64,000 nucleotides of DNA from an uncultured Acidobacteriota bacterium. GTDB taxonomy: Bacteria; Acidobacteriota; Vicinamibacteria; Fen-336. The stretch lies in the NCBI GenBank assembly GCA_963720545.1, contig OY970399.1, positions 512,001-576,000 on the forward strand, read 5' to 3'. Below the pieces are notes generated by a model. It searched no databases. It saw nothing but the letters and a program-made list of their open reading frames with translations, and was not told the origin of the DNA. The translations under genes were made by a program, and so were the position numbers. Positions 28,225 to 37,442 of this stretch are shown piece by piece; position 1 is the first letter of the stretch; each line of letters opens with the position of its first letter.

Positions 28225-31092
28225 TCACTGCGAAACGAGGCCGCGGACGACGGCGTCGGCGACGGCGGGGCGCACCTGGCGGATGAGGTTGTTGTCGCGC
28301 GTCGGGTGCACGCGGTTCGTCAGCAGGATCACGAACAGCTTGCGCTTCGGGTCGAGCCACATCGAGGTGCCGGTGAAGCCGGTGTGGCCGAAAGACTCGG
28401 GCGAAAACAGCGACCCGGACGACGAGTTCTCCCCGGGCGTGTCCCAGCCGAGCGCGCGACTCGAGCCGGGAATGCCGGCGCGTGTGGTGAAACGCTCGAG
28501 GGTGGCGCGCGAGACGATGCGGCGCTGTCCGTAGACGCCGCCGTTGAGGAGCATCTGCGCGAACTTCGCGAGGTCGCCGGCGGTCGCGAACAAGCCCGCG
28601 TGCGGCGCGACGCCGCCGAGCGCATACGCGTTCTCGTCGTGCACCTCGCCGTGCACCACGCGCTTGCGCCACGGGTCGTTCTCGGTGGGCGCTATCCTCG
28701 GCAGCAGCTCCTTGCCGGGCCGATACATCGTGTCGTTCATCCCCAGCGGCGCGAAGATCCGCTCGCGTGCGAAGGCGTCGAGGGTCTGGCCGCTGACGCG
28801 CTCGAGGATCTCGCCGAGCAGGATCAGGCCGAGGTCGCTGTAAAGCGACTTCGTCCCCGGCTCGTAGACGAGGTCCATGGCGGCGATCCGGGTGACGAAC
28901 GCGTCCTGGCCCTTCGTGTCCTTGTAGAGCGGCGCCCACCAGTCGAGGCCCGACGAGTGCGTCAGCAGGTGCGCCACCGTGACCTTGTCCTTCGCGCCGC
29001 CGTGGAACGCGGGAATGAAGTTCCGCACCGGTTCGCTCAGCGTCAGCTTGCCCTCGTCGACGAGGATCATCGCCATGGTCGTGGTGACGATGACCTTGGT
29101 GAGGCTCGCGAGATCGTAGAGCGTGTCGGTCGTGACCTCGGGCGAGCCGGAGTCGTAAGTCTGGCGGCCGAACGCCTTGAGGTCCACGAGGCTGCCCTGG
29201 TGCCCGACGGCGAGCACCCCGCCCGGAAACGCCTTGGCCGTGACGAAGCCGTCGACCACGGCATCCACCGCGCGCATGGCGTCGGGCGCAAAACCGGCGG
29301 CTTCGGGTGCGGAGCGCGCGAGGGTCATGGCGTAACTCGGGATCGGGACGCCCTGGCCGCGGTCGTAGAGGCCAGGAAGGGTGACGGGCAGCTTACCGCT
29401 GACCGGGAATTCGCCGAAGAGGGCGGCGGTCGCGGCGCGCTGGCTCGACTCCGCGGAGCCGTAGGCGGCGACATAGGCTGGCGTGCGCGGAAACTGCTGC
29501 AGCAGGTAGGGGCTGCCGTAGGACACGATCACCACCGGCCGGCCGGCGAGCAGCAGCCGGTCGATGAGGCGCGCGTGCGACGCGCTCATCGCGGCAGTGC
29601 CCTTCGTCGCCATCACCTTGACGAAGGCCGACACCACGACGTGGGTGTGCTCGGGGACCGCGGCGAGGATCTTCTGCGTCGTCTCCTGCGACACCTCGGG
29701 GCCGAGCGTAAAGGTGGTCGTGGGGATGCGCCGCGCTTCCAGTTCGTCCTCGACGATGCCCTGGATCGCGTCGTTGCGGCTGTCGCTCGACATCACCAGG
29801 TGCAGGATGCGCAAAGGCTCGTCGGCGTGCAGCGGCAAGATGTTCTGGTCGTTGCGCACCACCGTGATCGACTGGCGCGCGATCTCGCTCGCCTTCTCGA
29901 CGTCCTCGGGCCGCCCGACTTCGTCCGCCACCTTCGCGATGTCGACGATGCGCTCCTTCGCAAGCCCGGCCTTGTCCTTCAACGCCAGCACCCGCAGCAC
30001 CGACTCGTCGAGCCGCGACTCGAGGATCTGTCCGTCGCGCACGGCGCGCGCGATGGTGGCGATTGCCACCTGTGGATCGGGCGGCAGCAGGATCATGTCG
30101 GCGCCGGCGTTGATGGCGCGCACCGCCGCCTCGCCGGTCCACGCGAGCTTGACGCCCGCCATGTCGAGCGCATCGGTCACCACCAGCCCGCGAAAGCCGA
30201 GCTCGCCGCGCAGCAGGTCGGCGATGACCGGCCTGGAGAGCGAGGCGGGCGCGCCCGAGGGGTCGAGCGCCGCCGAGGCGATGTGGCCGAGCATCACTGC
30301 GTCCACGCCGGTCTCGATGGCGCGGCGGAACGGCACCAGCTCCACCTTCTCGAGGCGCGCGCGGTCGCCGGGAATGGTGGCAAGCTGCAGGTGGCTGTCG
30401 ACCGCGGTGTCGCCGTGGCCGGGGAAGTGCTTCACGGTCGTCAGCAGCCCGCCCTTGCGCGCGCCTTGCAGGAACGCCGCCACCATGCGCGCCACGAGTT
30501 CCGGGTCTTCGCCGAACGAGCGCGTGTTGATGATGGGATTGTCGGGGTTGTTGTTGACGTCGGCCACCGGCGCGAAGCCCCAGTGGATGCCCAGAGCGCG
30601 CGCCTCGCGCGCCGTCACTTCGCCTTCGTAGCGCGCCAGGTCCTCGGAACCGGCGGCACCGGTCGCCATCGCGGTCGGCAGGGGCACGGCACCCTTGCGG
30701 ATGCGCATCGAGACGCCGCGCTCGACGTCGGCCGCGACCAGCAGCGGCACGTCGGCAATCGACTGCAGGTCGTTGAGGATACGCGGCAGTGCTTCCGTCT
30801 CCGACTCGAACATGACGACGCAACCGACCTTGAGCCGCGAGACGTAGTCGCGCAGCTGGCGTGCGTCCTTGTTGCGGGAGTGACGGTAGGTGCCGTAGGC
30901 GCGCACGCCGATCAGCTGCGCTGCCTTCTCCTCGAGCGTGAGGCGCGCCAGGGTCTTGCGTGCCCAGGGCGACACCGGCGCCGCGCCGCGTTCGGCCGGC
31001 CCCGCCACCGACGACGGCTTGCGGCAGGCCCCCGCCGCGCCCGCGATGAGGACCGCGCAGCCGGCGATCGCCGCGAGCAGCGGCCGTTTCAC
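28225..31092 (-). CDS. GH3 beta-N-acetylglucosaminidase fused to a beta-lactamase-like serine hydrolase (NagZ-AmiE-type lipoprotein)
   Basis: Lipobox AGAC; GH3 motifs APVADVN.NP.NP.I..RSFGEDP, KHFPGHG, VTDAL; C-terminal ASLTK (SxxK), LLTHSSGL, YSD, GHTGFTG. Confidence 0.92.
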   Translation of the reverse strand: MKRPLLAAIAGCAVLIAGAAGACRKPSSVAGPAERGAAPVSPWARKTLARLTLEEKAAQLIGVRAYGTYRHSRNKDARQLRDYVSRLKVGCVVMFESETEALPRILNDLQSIADVPLLVAADVERGVSMRIRKGAVPLPTAMATGAAGSEDLARYEGEVTAREARALGIHWGFAPVADVNNNPDNPIINTRSFGEDPELVARMVAAFLQGARKGGLLTTVKHFPGHGDTAVDSHLQLATIPGDRARLEKVELVPFRRAIETGVDAVMLGHIASAALDPSGAPASLSRPVIADLLRGELGFRGLVVTDALDMAGVKLAWTGEAAVRAINAGADMILLPPDPQVAIATIARAVRDGQILESRLDESVLRVLALKDKAGLAKERIVDIAKVADEVGRPEDVEKASEIARQSITVVRNDQNILPLHADEPLRILHLVMSSDSRNDAIQGIVEDELEARRIPTTTFTLGPEVSQETTQKILAAVPEHTHVVVSAFVKVMATKGTAAMSASHARLIDRLLLAGRPVVIVSYGSPYLLQQFPRTPAYVAAYGSAESSQRAATAALFGEFPVSGKLPVTLPGLYDRGQGVPIPSYAMTLARSAPEAAGFAPDAMRAVDAVVDGFVTAKAFPGGVLAVGHQGSLVDLKAFGRQTYDSGSPEVTTDTLYDLASLTKVIVTTTMAMILVDEGKLTLSEPVRNFIPAFHGGAKDKVTVAHLLTHSSGLDWWAPLYKDTKGQDAFVTRIAAMDLVYEPGTKSLYSDLGLILLGEILERVSGQTLDAFARERIFAPLGMNDTMYRPGKELLPRIAPTENDPWRKRVVHGEVHDENAYALGGVAPHAGLFATAGDLAKFAQMLLNGGVYGQRRIVSRATLERFTTRAGIPGSSRALGWDTPGENSSSGSLFSPESFGHTGFTGTSMWLDPKRKLFVILLTNRVHPTRDNNLIRQVRPAVADAVVRGLVSQ

Positions 31093-32276
31093 CGCCGCGA
31101 GCCGCCCGACGCGGCGGCGGCCGCCGGAGGGGCGGCTTCGTCACGGAAGGCGCCGTCGCGGTAGCTGGCCACGGCACCCGGCAGGAGCAGCGCCTCGTGC
31201 GAGAAGACCACGACACCGGAAGCGCCGGCGGCGCGTGCATCCCAGACGCGATCGACGGTGTCCTGGGCGCTGATGCGCCACGCGCCGATACCCGCCCACA
31301 GCTGCCGCCCCGGCGGCACCAGCGCGCGGATCGCGCCGACCTGCCGGTGGTAGAGGGAGGCGCTCTCGGTGTAGATCATCGGGCAAAGCGCGTCGAGCAC
31401 GCCGTTGTCGATCCAAAGCGGCCACGCCTGGAATTTCTCGCCGACAGCCACCTTCGGGTCGGGCACCACCGCCGCGGACACGACGACGCCGGGGCGGGCG
31501 GCGCGGGCCGCATCCGCCAGGCGCGAGGCCAGCCGGCTCAGCGCATCGCGCCGATAGTCGGCGAACGCGTCGGGCGCGCGCAAAGCCTGCGCCAGAAGCT
31601 GCGAGTCGCTGACGTCGCCGTGCCGACCGGAGAAGCCTTCGAGCGCCGCGCGCGAATAATCGAACTCGGCGTTCGGGTAGCGGATGAAGTCGAGGTGGAG
31701 GCCGGCAACCGGGTAGGTGTCGAGCAACTCGCGCACCACGGCCTCGAGGTGCTCCGGCACGCCGGACGCGGAGGGCGAGAGGTAGTAGCCCTCGACATCC
31801 GGCTTGCCGGCGCCGGCCGCGCGCACCACCGGCGCGATGAGCGAGGGCGCCCCCTGGAGCTGCAACACACGCCGCGCCGCGGAGCGCGGCACCATCAGCC
31901 ACTCGGGATGCCGCGCCACAACGTTGTCGGCAGGGACGCCCTGTCCGAAATTCGCCGACAGCAACACGTTGACCCAGGCGTGGACCGACATTCCGTAGCG
32001 ATCCGCGCGGGCGATGGCACGCGCGAGGGGGTCGAACGAGGCCGGCTGGCCCGCAAGGACGGGGCTGCGCGCGACGAGCCGCGAGCTATAGAAGGCGTCG
32101 CCGCGACCGCGGACCTGGACGAAAATGGTGTTGAGGCCGGCTTCGTGGGCGCGATCGACGATGTCGTCTACCGACTGCGGCGAGGCCAGCGCGGTGCGGA
32201 CGATCCAGACCCCCCGGGTCTCCGGAACGGGAGCGGCCTGAAAGGCAGCCAGAAACAGGGCAAGTGCCGGGAACAT
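31089..32276 (-). CDS. Glycosyl hydrolase-like family 10 (GHL10/DUF187, YddW/DigH-like)
   Basis: E.RG.W, GLNT.FVQVR.RGDA.Y.S, FDPLA, HAW.N, G.HLD.IRYP, PM.Y. Confidence 0.88.
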   Translation of the reverse strand: MFPALALFLAAFQAAPVPETRGVWIVRTALASPQSVDDIVDRAHEAGLNTIFVQVRGRGDAFYSSRLVARSPVLAGQPASFDPLARAIARADRYGMSVHAWVNVLLSANFGQGVPADNVVARHPEWLMVPRSAARRVLQLQGAPSLIAPVVRAAGAGKPDVEGYYLSPSASGVPEHLEAVVRELLDTYPVAGLHLDFIRYPNAEFDYSRAALEGFSGRHGDVSDSQLLAQALRAPDAFADYRRDALSRLASRLADAARAARPGVVVSAAVVPDPKVAVGEKFQAWPLWIDNGVLDALCPMIYTESASLYHRQVGAIRALVPPGRQLWAGIGAWRISAQDTVDRVWDARAAGASGVVVFSHEALLLPGAVASYRDGAFRDEAAPPAAAAASGGSRR

Positions 32277-32329
32277 AGCGGTTTGCGATGGTATCAGGGC
32301 CCTTCACGGAAGCGCAAGTAAGCTAGCGC

Positions 32330-32350
32330 ACTTAAAGTAACTCTTTAAGT
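32330..32350. promoter_or_regulatory. AT-rich inverted repeat in a divergent promoter region (candidate operator)
   Basis: ACTTAAAG-N5-CTTTAAGT, a perfect 8-bp dyad. Confidence 0.45.
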
Positions 32351-32400
32351 CGCCCCGACGCTCCCGGTTGCCCAAAACCTGCGTGCTATCATCCAGAGCG

Positions 32401-33024
32401 ATGAGGGTTTGGGCGCTTTTTCTCGCTGCAGCGGCCTTGGGGGCCCCGGCGCCCCCGCCAGGCGCCGCCGATTGGGCGCGCAAGATCGAACTGCGCCACC
32501 GCGCTTCGGCCGACCTCACCGCGCGCTTCACCCAGACCTATCGTTCGAAGATGCTGGGCCGGCAGATCGTCGAAAAGGGCACGGTCACCATCAAGCGTCC
32601 CGGCCGCATGCTCTGGGAATACCTCGAACCCGAAAAGAAGGTGTTCGTGAGCGACGGCCGGCAGATCTTCTTCTACGTGCCGGCCGACAAGCAGGTGATC
32701 CGCCGTGACCAGCCGGGCGACAAGGGCGTGGCGCTCTCGCTGCTCTCGGGCCAGGCCGACCTGCTCAGCCAGTTCGACGTCGTTCTGGAGCAAAACGAGT
32801 CGGGCGCGCCGCGGCTGCGGCTCACGCCGAAGAAGCCCGACCCCGAAGTGGAGCGGGTGTTTCTCGAGACCGATGCGCAGAACCGCATCACGGTGATCGA
32901 CGTGAAGGACACGCAGGGCAACGAAAGCCGTTTCGCGTTCGACAACATCCGCGAGAACGTCGGCATCAAGGATTCGATATTCCGCTTCGTCGTCCCGAAG
33001 GGCGTCGAGGTGATCTCCGGATGA
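32401..33024 (+). CDS. lolA: Outer-membrane lipoprotein carrier protein LolA
   Basis: A.F.Q, G....KRPGRM.WEY..PE....VSDG, F.F..PKGVEVI. Confidence 0.88.
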   Translation: MRVWALFLAAAALGAPAPPPGAADWARKIELRHRASADLTARFTQTYRSKMLGRQIVEKGTVTIKRPGRMLWEYLEPEKKVFVSDGRQIFFYVPADKQVIRRDQPGDKGVALSLLSGQADLLSQFDVVLEQNESGAPRLRLTPKKPDPEVERVFLETDAQNRITVIDVKDTQGNESRFAFDNIRENVGIKDSIFRFVVPKGVEVISG

Positions 33025-34841
33025 AGCTGGCGCGGTCCTTCTGCGTCGCGCTGGCACTGGCGGCCGCGGCCGGTTGCGCCACGAGCGCCGCGTTCCGCGC
33101 CGGCGAAAAGGCCGAGCGGCAGGGCCAGTTCGACAAGGCGGTGCTCGAGTACTCGAAGGCGGTCAAGGAGAACCCGGGCAACCTCACGTACCAGAAGATG
33201 CTGGAGCGCGCGCGCCTGCGGTCTTCCGAAGATCACGTCGCGTCGGCCCGCCGCCTCGAGGCGCGCGGCCTGCTCAAGGAGGCGCTCGACGAGCTGCGGC
33301 TCGCGAACGACCTGCGGCCCAGCGTGACGCTGGCGCAGGACATCGAGCGGCTCGAAACCATGCGCCGCGCCGGCATCGCGGCCTCGACGGTTGACGATGT
33401 CAAGCTCGAGGCGCGCGAACGCTCGTTCCCCGGTCTCGCCCTCGGCCCCGAGGCGCGCGAGCCGCTGGGACTGACGTTCCGCGGCTCGAGCCTGCGCGAG
33501 GCCTACGAGGCGCTGGGCCGTGCGGTCGGCGTCAACTTCGTCTTCGATCCCGACTACCGCGACACCACCGTCAACCTCGACCTGCGCGGCGCCTCCTTCG
33601 AACAGGCGCTGCTGGCGCTCGGCAACGCCGGCAAGACCTTCCATCGCGTCGGCGACGCGCACATGATGCTCGTCATCCCCGACACCGCCGACAAGCGCCG
33701 CGAGTTCGAGCGCCAGGTGGTGAAGACCTTCTTCCTCTCGAACGCCGACCTCAAGGAATCGGTCGACCTGCTGCGCATCGTGCTGGGCGCGCGGCGCGTG
33801 GCGCCGCTGCCCGGCGCCAACGCCATCACCATCAACGACACCCCCGAGAAGGTCGCGGCCGCCGAGCGCATCATCGACGTCATCGACAAGCGCCGTGCCG
33901 AGGTGGTGGTGGAAGTCGAGATCCTCGAGGTGAACCGCCAGAAGCTGAAGGAATACGGCATCGAGATCTCCTCGGGCATCGACGCCTTGCCCGGCATCGC
34001 GGGCCTCGCCTTCCCGCGCCAGGATCCCGCGAACCCGAACACCCTCGACCAGAACCCCTACCGCCGCTCCAACATCGTCATCAGCCAGCTGCCCGGCGTC
34101 ATCTACCGCCTGCTGCAGACCGACTCCGCCACCCGCATCCTCGCGAACCCGCAGATCCGCACCACCGAGGGCGAGACGGCGCAGGCGCGCTTCGGCGACC
34201 AGGTGCCGGTGCCGGTCACCACCTTCACGCCGCTCGCGACCGGCGGCGTGCAGCAGCAGCCCGTGACCTCGTTCGACTACAAGAACGTCGGCGTCAACAT
34301 CGACATCACGCCGCGCGTCCACCACGACGGCGAGGTCAGCCTGATCCTGAAGCTGGACATCTCCGCTGTCGGTCCGGCGGGTTTCCAGGGCCTGCCCACC
34401 TTCAACAGCCGCACGGTCACCAACCAGATCCGCCTGCGCGACGGCGAGACCAACATCATCGCCGGCCTCATCAGCGACACCGAGCGCAAGGCGATGCGCG
34501 GGCTGCCCGGGCTCGCCAGCCTGCCGTTCCTCGGCAAGCTGTTCGCGAACAACCGCGACGAGGAGATCCAGACGGACATCGTCATGACGCTGACGCCGCA
34601 CGTGGTGTCGCGCCCCAAGCTGAGCGTCGAGGACCTGCGCGCCTTCACGCTCGGCAGCGAAACCTCGCCGCTCCTCTTCGACGTGCCGGCCGTGCCTGCG
34701 CCGAGCGTGACGCCGCTGCCGGCGACACCGCGCATCGGCGGGCCTGCGGGCGACGAGCCGCGCCGCGCCGAGCCCATCCGCCCGCCGCCGCCATCGCCAA
34801 CGCCCGCGCCGACACCGACGCCGACTCCGGGCGATCGGTAG
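33021..34841 (+). CDS. Secretin (type II/III secretion system GspD-like) lipoprotein with N-terminal TPR
   Basis: Lipobox AAGC; TF.LSN secretin-N domain, ILANPQIR..EG..A, VGVN..ITP.V, RL.DGET.IIAGL, GLPGL..LP.LG.LF, IV..LTPH; Pro/Thr-rich tail. Confidence 0.9.
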   Translation: MKLARSFCVALALAAAAGCATSAAFRAGEKAERQGQFDKAVLEYSKAVKENPGNLTYQKMLERARLRSSEDHVASARRLEARGLLKEALDELRLANDLRPSVTLAQDIERLETMRRAGIAASTVDDVKLEARERSFPGLALGPEAREPLGLTFRGSSLREAYEALGRAVGVNFVFDPDYRDTTVNLDLRGASFEQALLALGNAGKTFHRVGDAHMMLVIPDTADKRREFERQVVKTFFLSNADLKESVDLLRIVLGARRVAPLPGANAITINDTPEKVAAAERIIDVIDKRRAEVVVEVEILEVNRQKLKEYGIEISSGIDALPGIAGLAFPRQDPANPNTLDQNPYRRSNIVISQLPGVIYRLLQTDSATRILANPQIRTTEGETAQARFGDQVPVPVTTFTPLATGGVQQQPVTSFDYKNVGVNIDITPRVHHDGEVSLILKLDISAVGPAGFQGLPTFNSRTVTNQIRLRDGETNIIAGLISDTERKAMRGLPGLASLPFLGKLFANNRDEEIQTDIVMTLTPHVVSRPKLSVEDLRAFTLGSETSPLLFDVPAVPAPSVTPLPATPRIGGPAGDEPRRAEPIRPPPPSPTPAPTPTPTPGDR

Positions 34842-34861
34842 TACTCTCGGAGGCGACCGTC

Positions 34862-35134
34862 ATGCTCTCCCGCCTGCGCCACATCTTCACGCTGCTCACC
34901 GACCCGAAGATGCCCAAGCTGCCGCGCATCATCGTGCTGCTCGCGATCCTCTACGGGATCCTGCCGTTCGACTTCGTGCCCGATTTCGCGCCGGTCATCG
35001 GCTGGATGGACGACCTCGTCGTGCTGTGGCTCGGCATCCGCTGGCTGCTGAAGAGCGCCGCAGGGCGGCGAGGCGGCGACATCTCGCAGCCGCAGCCGGG
35101 CGTCATCGACACCACCGCCGAACGCCTTCGCTAG
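34862..35134 (+). CDS. DUF1232 (YkvA-like) small membrane protein
   Basis: Y..LP.D.VPDF.PV.G..DD motif; GGAGG RBS. Confidence 0.88.
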   Translation: MLSRLRHIFTLLTDPKMPKLPRIIVLLAILYGILPFDFVPDFAPVIGWMDDLVVLWLGIRWLLKSAAGRRGGDISQPQPGVIDTTAERLR

Positions 35135-35214
35135 GCGCGCCCGCCCGGCACTCAGTCGTCATCGAGCTTGAGAGCAGGGAGGATATCCCGTATGCATGAG
35201 GGCGGAGGTGCGCT

Positions 35215-36015
35215 TTGCTCTTGCTCGCGATGGTCATGGTCGTAGCCCCGCTGGAAGTGGCCGCCGGCAACATGGTCCGCTGGTCGGTGCCGGGTACGAA
35301 GCGCTGTGCCGCCGGCAAGCGTTCCTGGGCGGCGCTGCAGGAAACCTGCTACTACCCGATCGACCTCGAGCAGGCCGCGGGCGTCCTGAGAGTGCGCCGC
35401 TACGGCGCCGGTGCTCCGGCCGCGGCAAGTGTCAAGGTCGTAGTGCCCGCGCCTGAGAAGCAGGACATCGTCCTCGAAGACATCCCGCAGGCCCACCCAT
35501 CCGCCGCCGATCGGCGCCGCAATGCACGCGACCAGGCTCTCGTCGCGAAGCTGTGGGTGAAGCGCGAAGGCCCGGCGCGCTTCACGCTGCCACTGGCGCC
35601 GCCGGCGAGTCCGCTGCCCGAAGGCAACGGCTTCGGCTCGATGTGGGTGTTCAACACCCCGCCGGGTTCGTCCGAACTGCACACCGGGGTCGATTACGCG
35701 CTGCCCGCCGGCACACCATTGAAAGCTGTCGCCGACGGCACGGTGGCGATCGCCGAGGATCTTTTCTTCGCCGGCAAGTCGGTCTTCATCGATCACGGTA
35801 ACGGCCTCGTCAGCATGTACTTCCACCTGTCGGAAATTCGCGTGCAGGCGAACCAGGACGTGAAGGGCGGCGAAACGATCGGCCTCGTGGGCGCAACCGG
35901 CCGCGTCACCGGCCCGCATCTGCACCTTGGCATTCGCTGGCACGGCCTGCGCGTTGACCCGCAGCTGCTGTTCGGCGACCCCGCGAAGATCCCGCCGGTC
36001 GAGACGCAGCCTTAG
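35215..36015 (+). CDS. M23-family metallopeptidase
   Basis: HTGVD (HxxxD), IDHG.G..S.Y.HL, GATGRVTGPHLH; GGAGG before a TTG start. Confidence 0.9.
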   Translation: MLLLAMVMVVAPLEVAAGNMVRWSVPGTKRCAAGKRSWAALQETCYYPIDLEQAAGVLRVRRYGAGAPAAASVKVVVPAPEKQDIVLEDIPQAHPSAADRRRNARDQALVAKLWVKREGPARFTLPLAPPASPLPEGNGFGSMWVFNTPPGSSELHTGVDYALPAGTPLKAVADGTVAIAEDLFFAGKSVFIDHGNGLVSMYFHLSEIRVQANQDVKGGETIGLVGATGRVTGPHLHLGIRWHGLRVDPQLLFGDPAKIPPVETQP

Positions 36016-37301
36016 GCGACTTTTTCGATCTTCACCTTGCTGACGCGGTTCTTCTCGACGTCCACGACCGTCAGCCGGTAGCCGTCGGTCTCCACCACCT
36101 CCCCGCCGCGCGGCACCGAGCCGAGGCGGTCGAGCATGAAGCCGGCGACCGTCTCGAACTCGCTCGATTCGGGAACCGGCACCTGGTAGCGCTCGCGCAG
36201 TGTCGCGGCCGAGAGGGTGCCCTCGACGACCATGGCGCCGTCGCGCAGGCGCTCGACCGGACGCTCTTCCCAGTCGTGCTCGTCGTGGATCTCGCCGACG
36301 ATTTCCTCGAGCAGGTCCTCGAGCGTCACGATGCCCGCGACCGAGCCGTGCTCGTCGAGCACGATCGCGAGGTGGATGCGGCGCCGCTGCAGGTCCTTGA
36401 GGAGCGGACCGACCTTCTTGGTCTCGGGCACGAAGTGCACCGGCCGCAGCAGCTTGCGCAGCAGGATCGGCTCGTGGTGCTCGAGCACCGGCAGCAGGTC
36501 CTTGACGTAGACGACGCCGATGATGTTGTCCACCGACTCCTCGAACACCGGGATGCGCGAGAAGCCGCCCTCGATGATGGCGTTCGCGACTTCGGTGGGC
36601 GGCGTTGCGGCGTCGATCGCGAACACCTTCGGCCGCGGAATCATGACCTTGCGCACCGGCGTGTCGGAGAAGTCGAAGACGCTGTGGATCATCTCCAGCT
36701 CGCTCGCGTCGAGGACGCCTTGCTCCTTGCCTTCGCGAATCAGGTGCTTCAGCTCCTCATGCGAGACGAACGAGTTGCTCGGCGGGTTGCGGATGCCGAA
36801 CAGGCGCAGCACGGCGCGCGTCGAGGCGGTGAGGATGCGGATGAATACCTTGGAGGCCTGCGACAGCATCAGCAGCGGCCAGGAAACCACGAGCGCGGCG
36901 CTCTCGGCGTAGCGCAGCGCGATGCCCTTCGGCACCAGTTCGCCAATCGTCAGTTCGACGTAGACGATGCCCGCGCCGACCAGCACCGCTGCCGCCCACG
37001 GCAGGTGCGCAAAGTACGGGTTCGCCATGAGTGCCGGCTCGACGTGGCGGCTCGCGAGGTAGCCGCCGAGGAGGCCGGCGAGCGTTCCCATGAGCGTGAC
37101 ACCCATCTGCACCGTCGCCAGGAAAGAGTCGGGATTGTCCTGCAGGCGCTGCACGCGCAGGGCCGCCTTGCTGCCTTCGTCGGCGAGGGCCTGGATGCGG
37201 CTGCGCTTCGCGGAGATGACGGCGATCTCGGCGCCGGAGAAAAACCCGTTCCCCAGCAGGCACAACACGATAGCGATGATGAGAACGACGGGACCAGCCA
37301 T
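36012..37301 (-). CDS. Hemolysin-family / CNNM protein (DUF21-CBS-CorC_HlyC)
   Basis: NGFFS.AE.A, FLAT.Q.G.T, GEL.PK, FSR.PV, DEHG...G.VT.EDL.EEIVG.I.DE. Confidence 0.93.
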   Translation of the reverse strand: MAGPVVLIIAIVLCLLGNGFFSGAEIAVISAKRSRIQALADEGSKAALRVQRLQDNPDSFLATVQMGVTLMGTLAGLLGGYLASRHVEPALMANPYFAHLPWAAAVLVGAGIVYVELTIGELVPKGIALRYAESAALVVSWPLLMLSQASKVFIRILTASTRAVLRLFGIRNPPSNSFVSHEELKHLIREGKEQGVLDASELEMIHSVFDFSDTPVRKVMIPRPKVFAIDAATPPTEVANAIIEGGFSRIPVFEESVDNIIGVVYVKDLLPVLEHHEPILLRKLLRPVHFVPETKKVGPLLKDLQRRRIHLAIVLDEHGSVAGIVTLEDLLEEIVGEIHDEHDWEERPVERLRDGAMVVEGTLSAATLRERYQVPVPESSEFETVAGFMLDRLGSVPRGGEVVETDGYRLTVVDVEKNRVSKVKIEKVA

Positions 37302-37442
37302 GTTTGGCGGTGATTCTAGCAGGCCGGGAAGGTCGCCTCCGGTTGTCAGCGGAAGCCCCCATTTGATAACTTGAGGCGTACCCTCACCTTTCCGCTATCC
37401 GCTTTCCGCACTGATGCTTACCTCGAACGGGGAGAGACTTCC

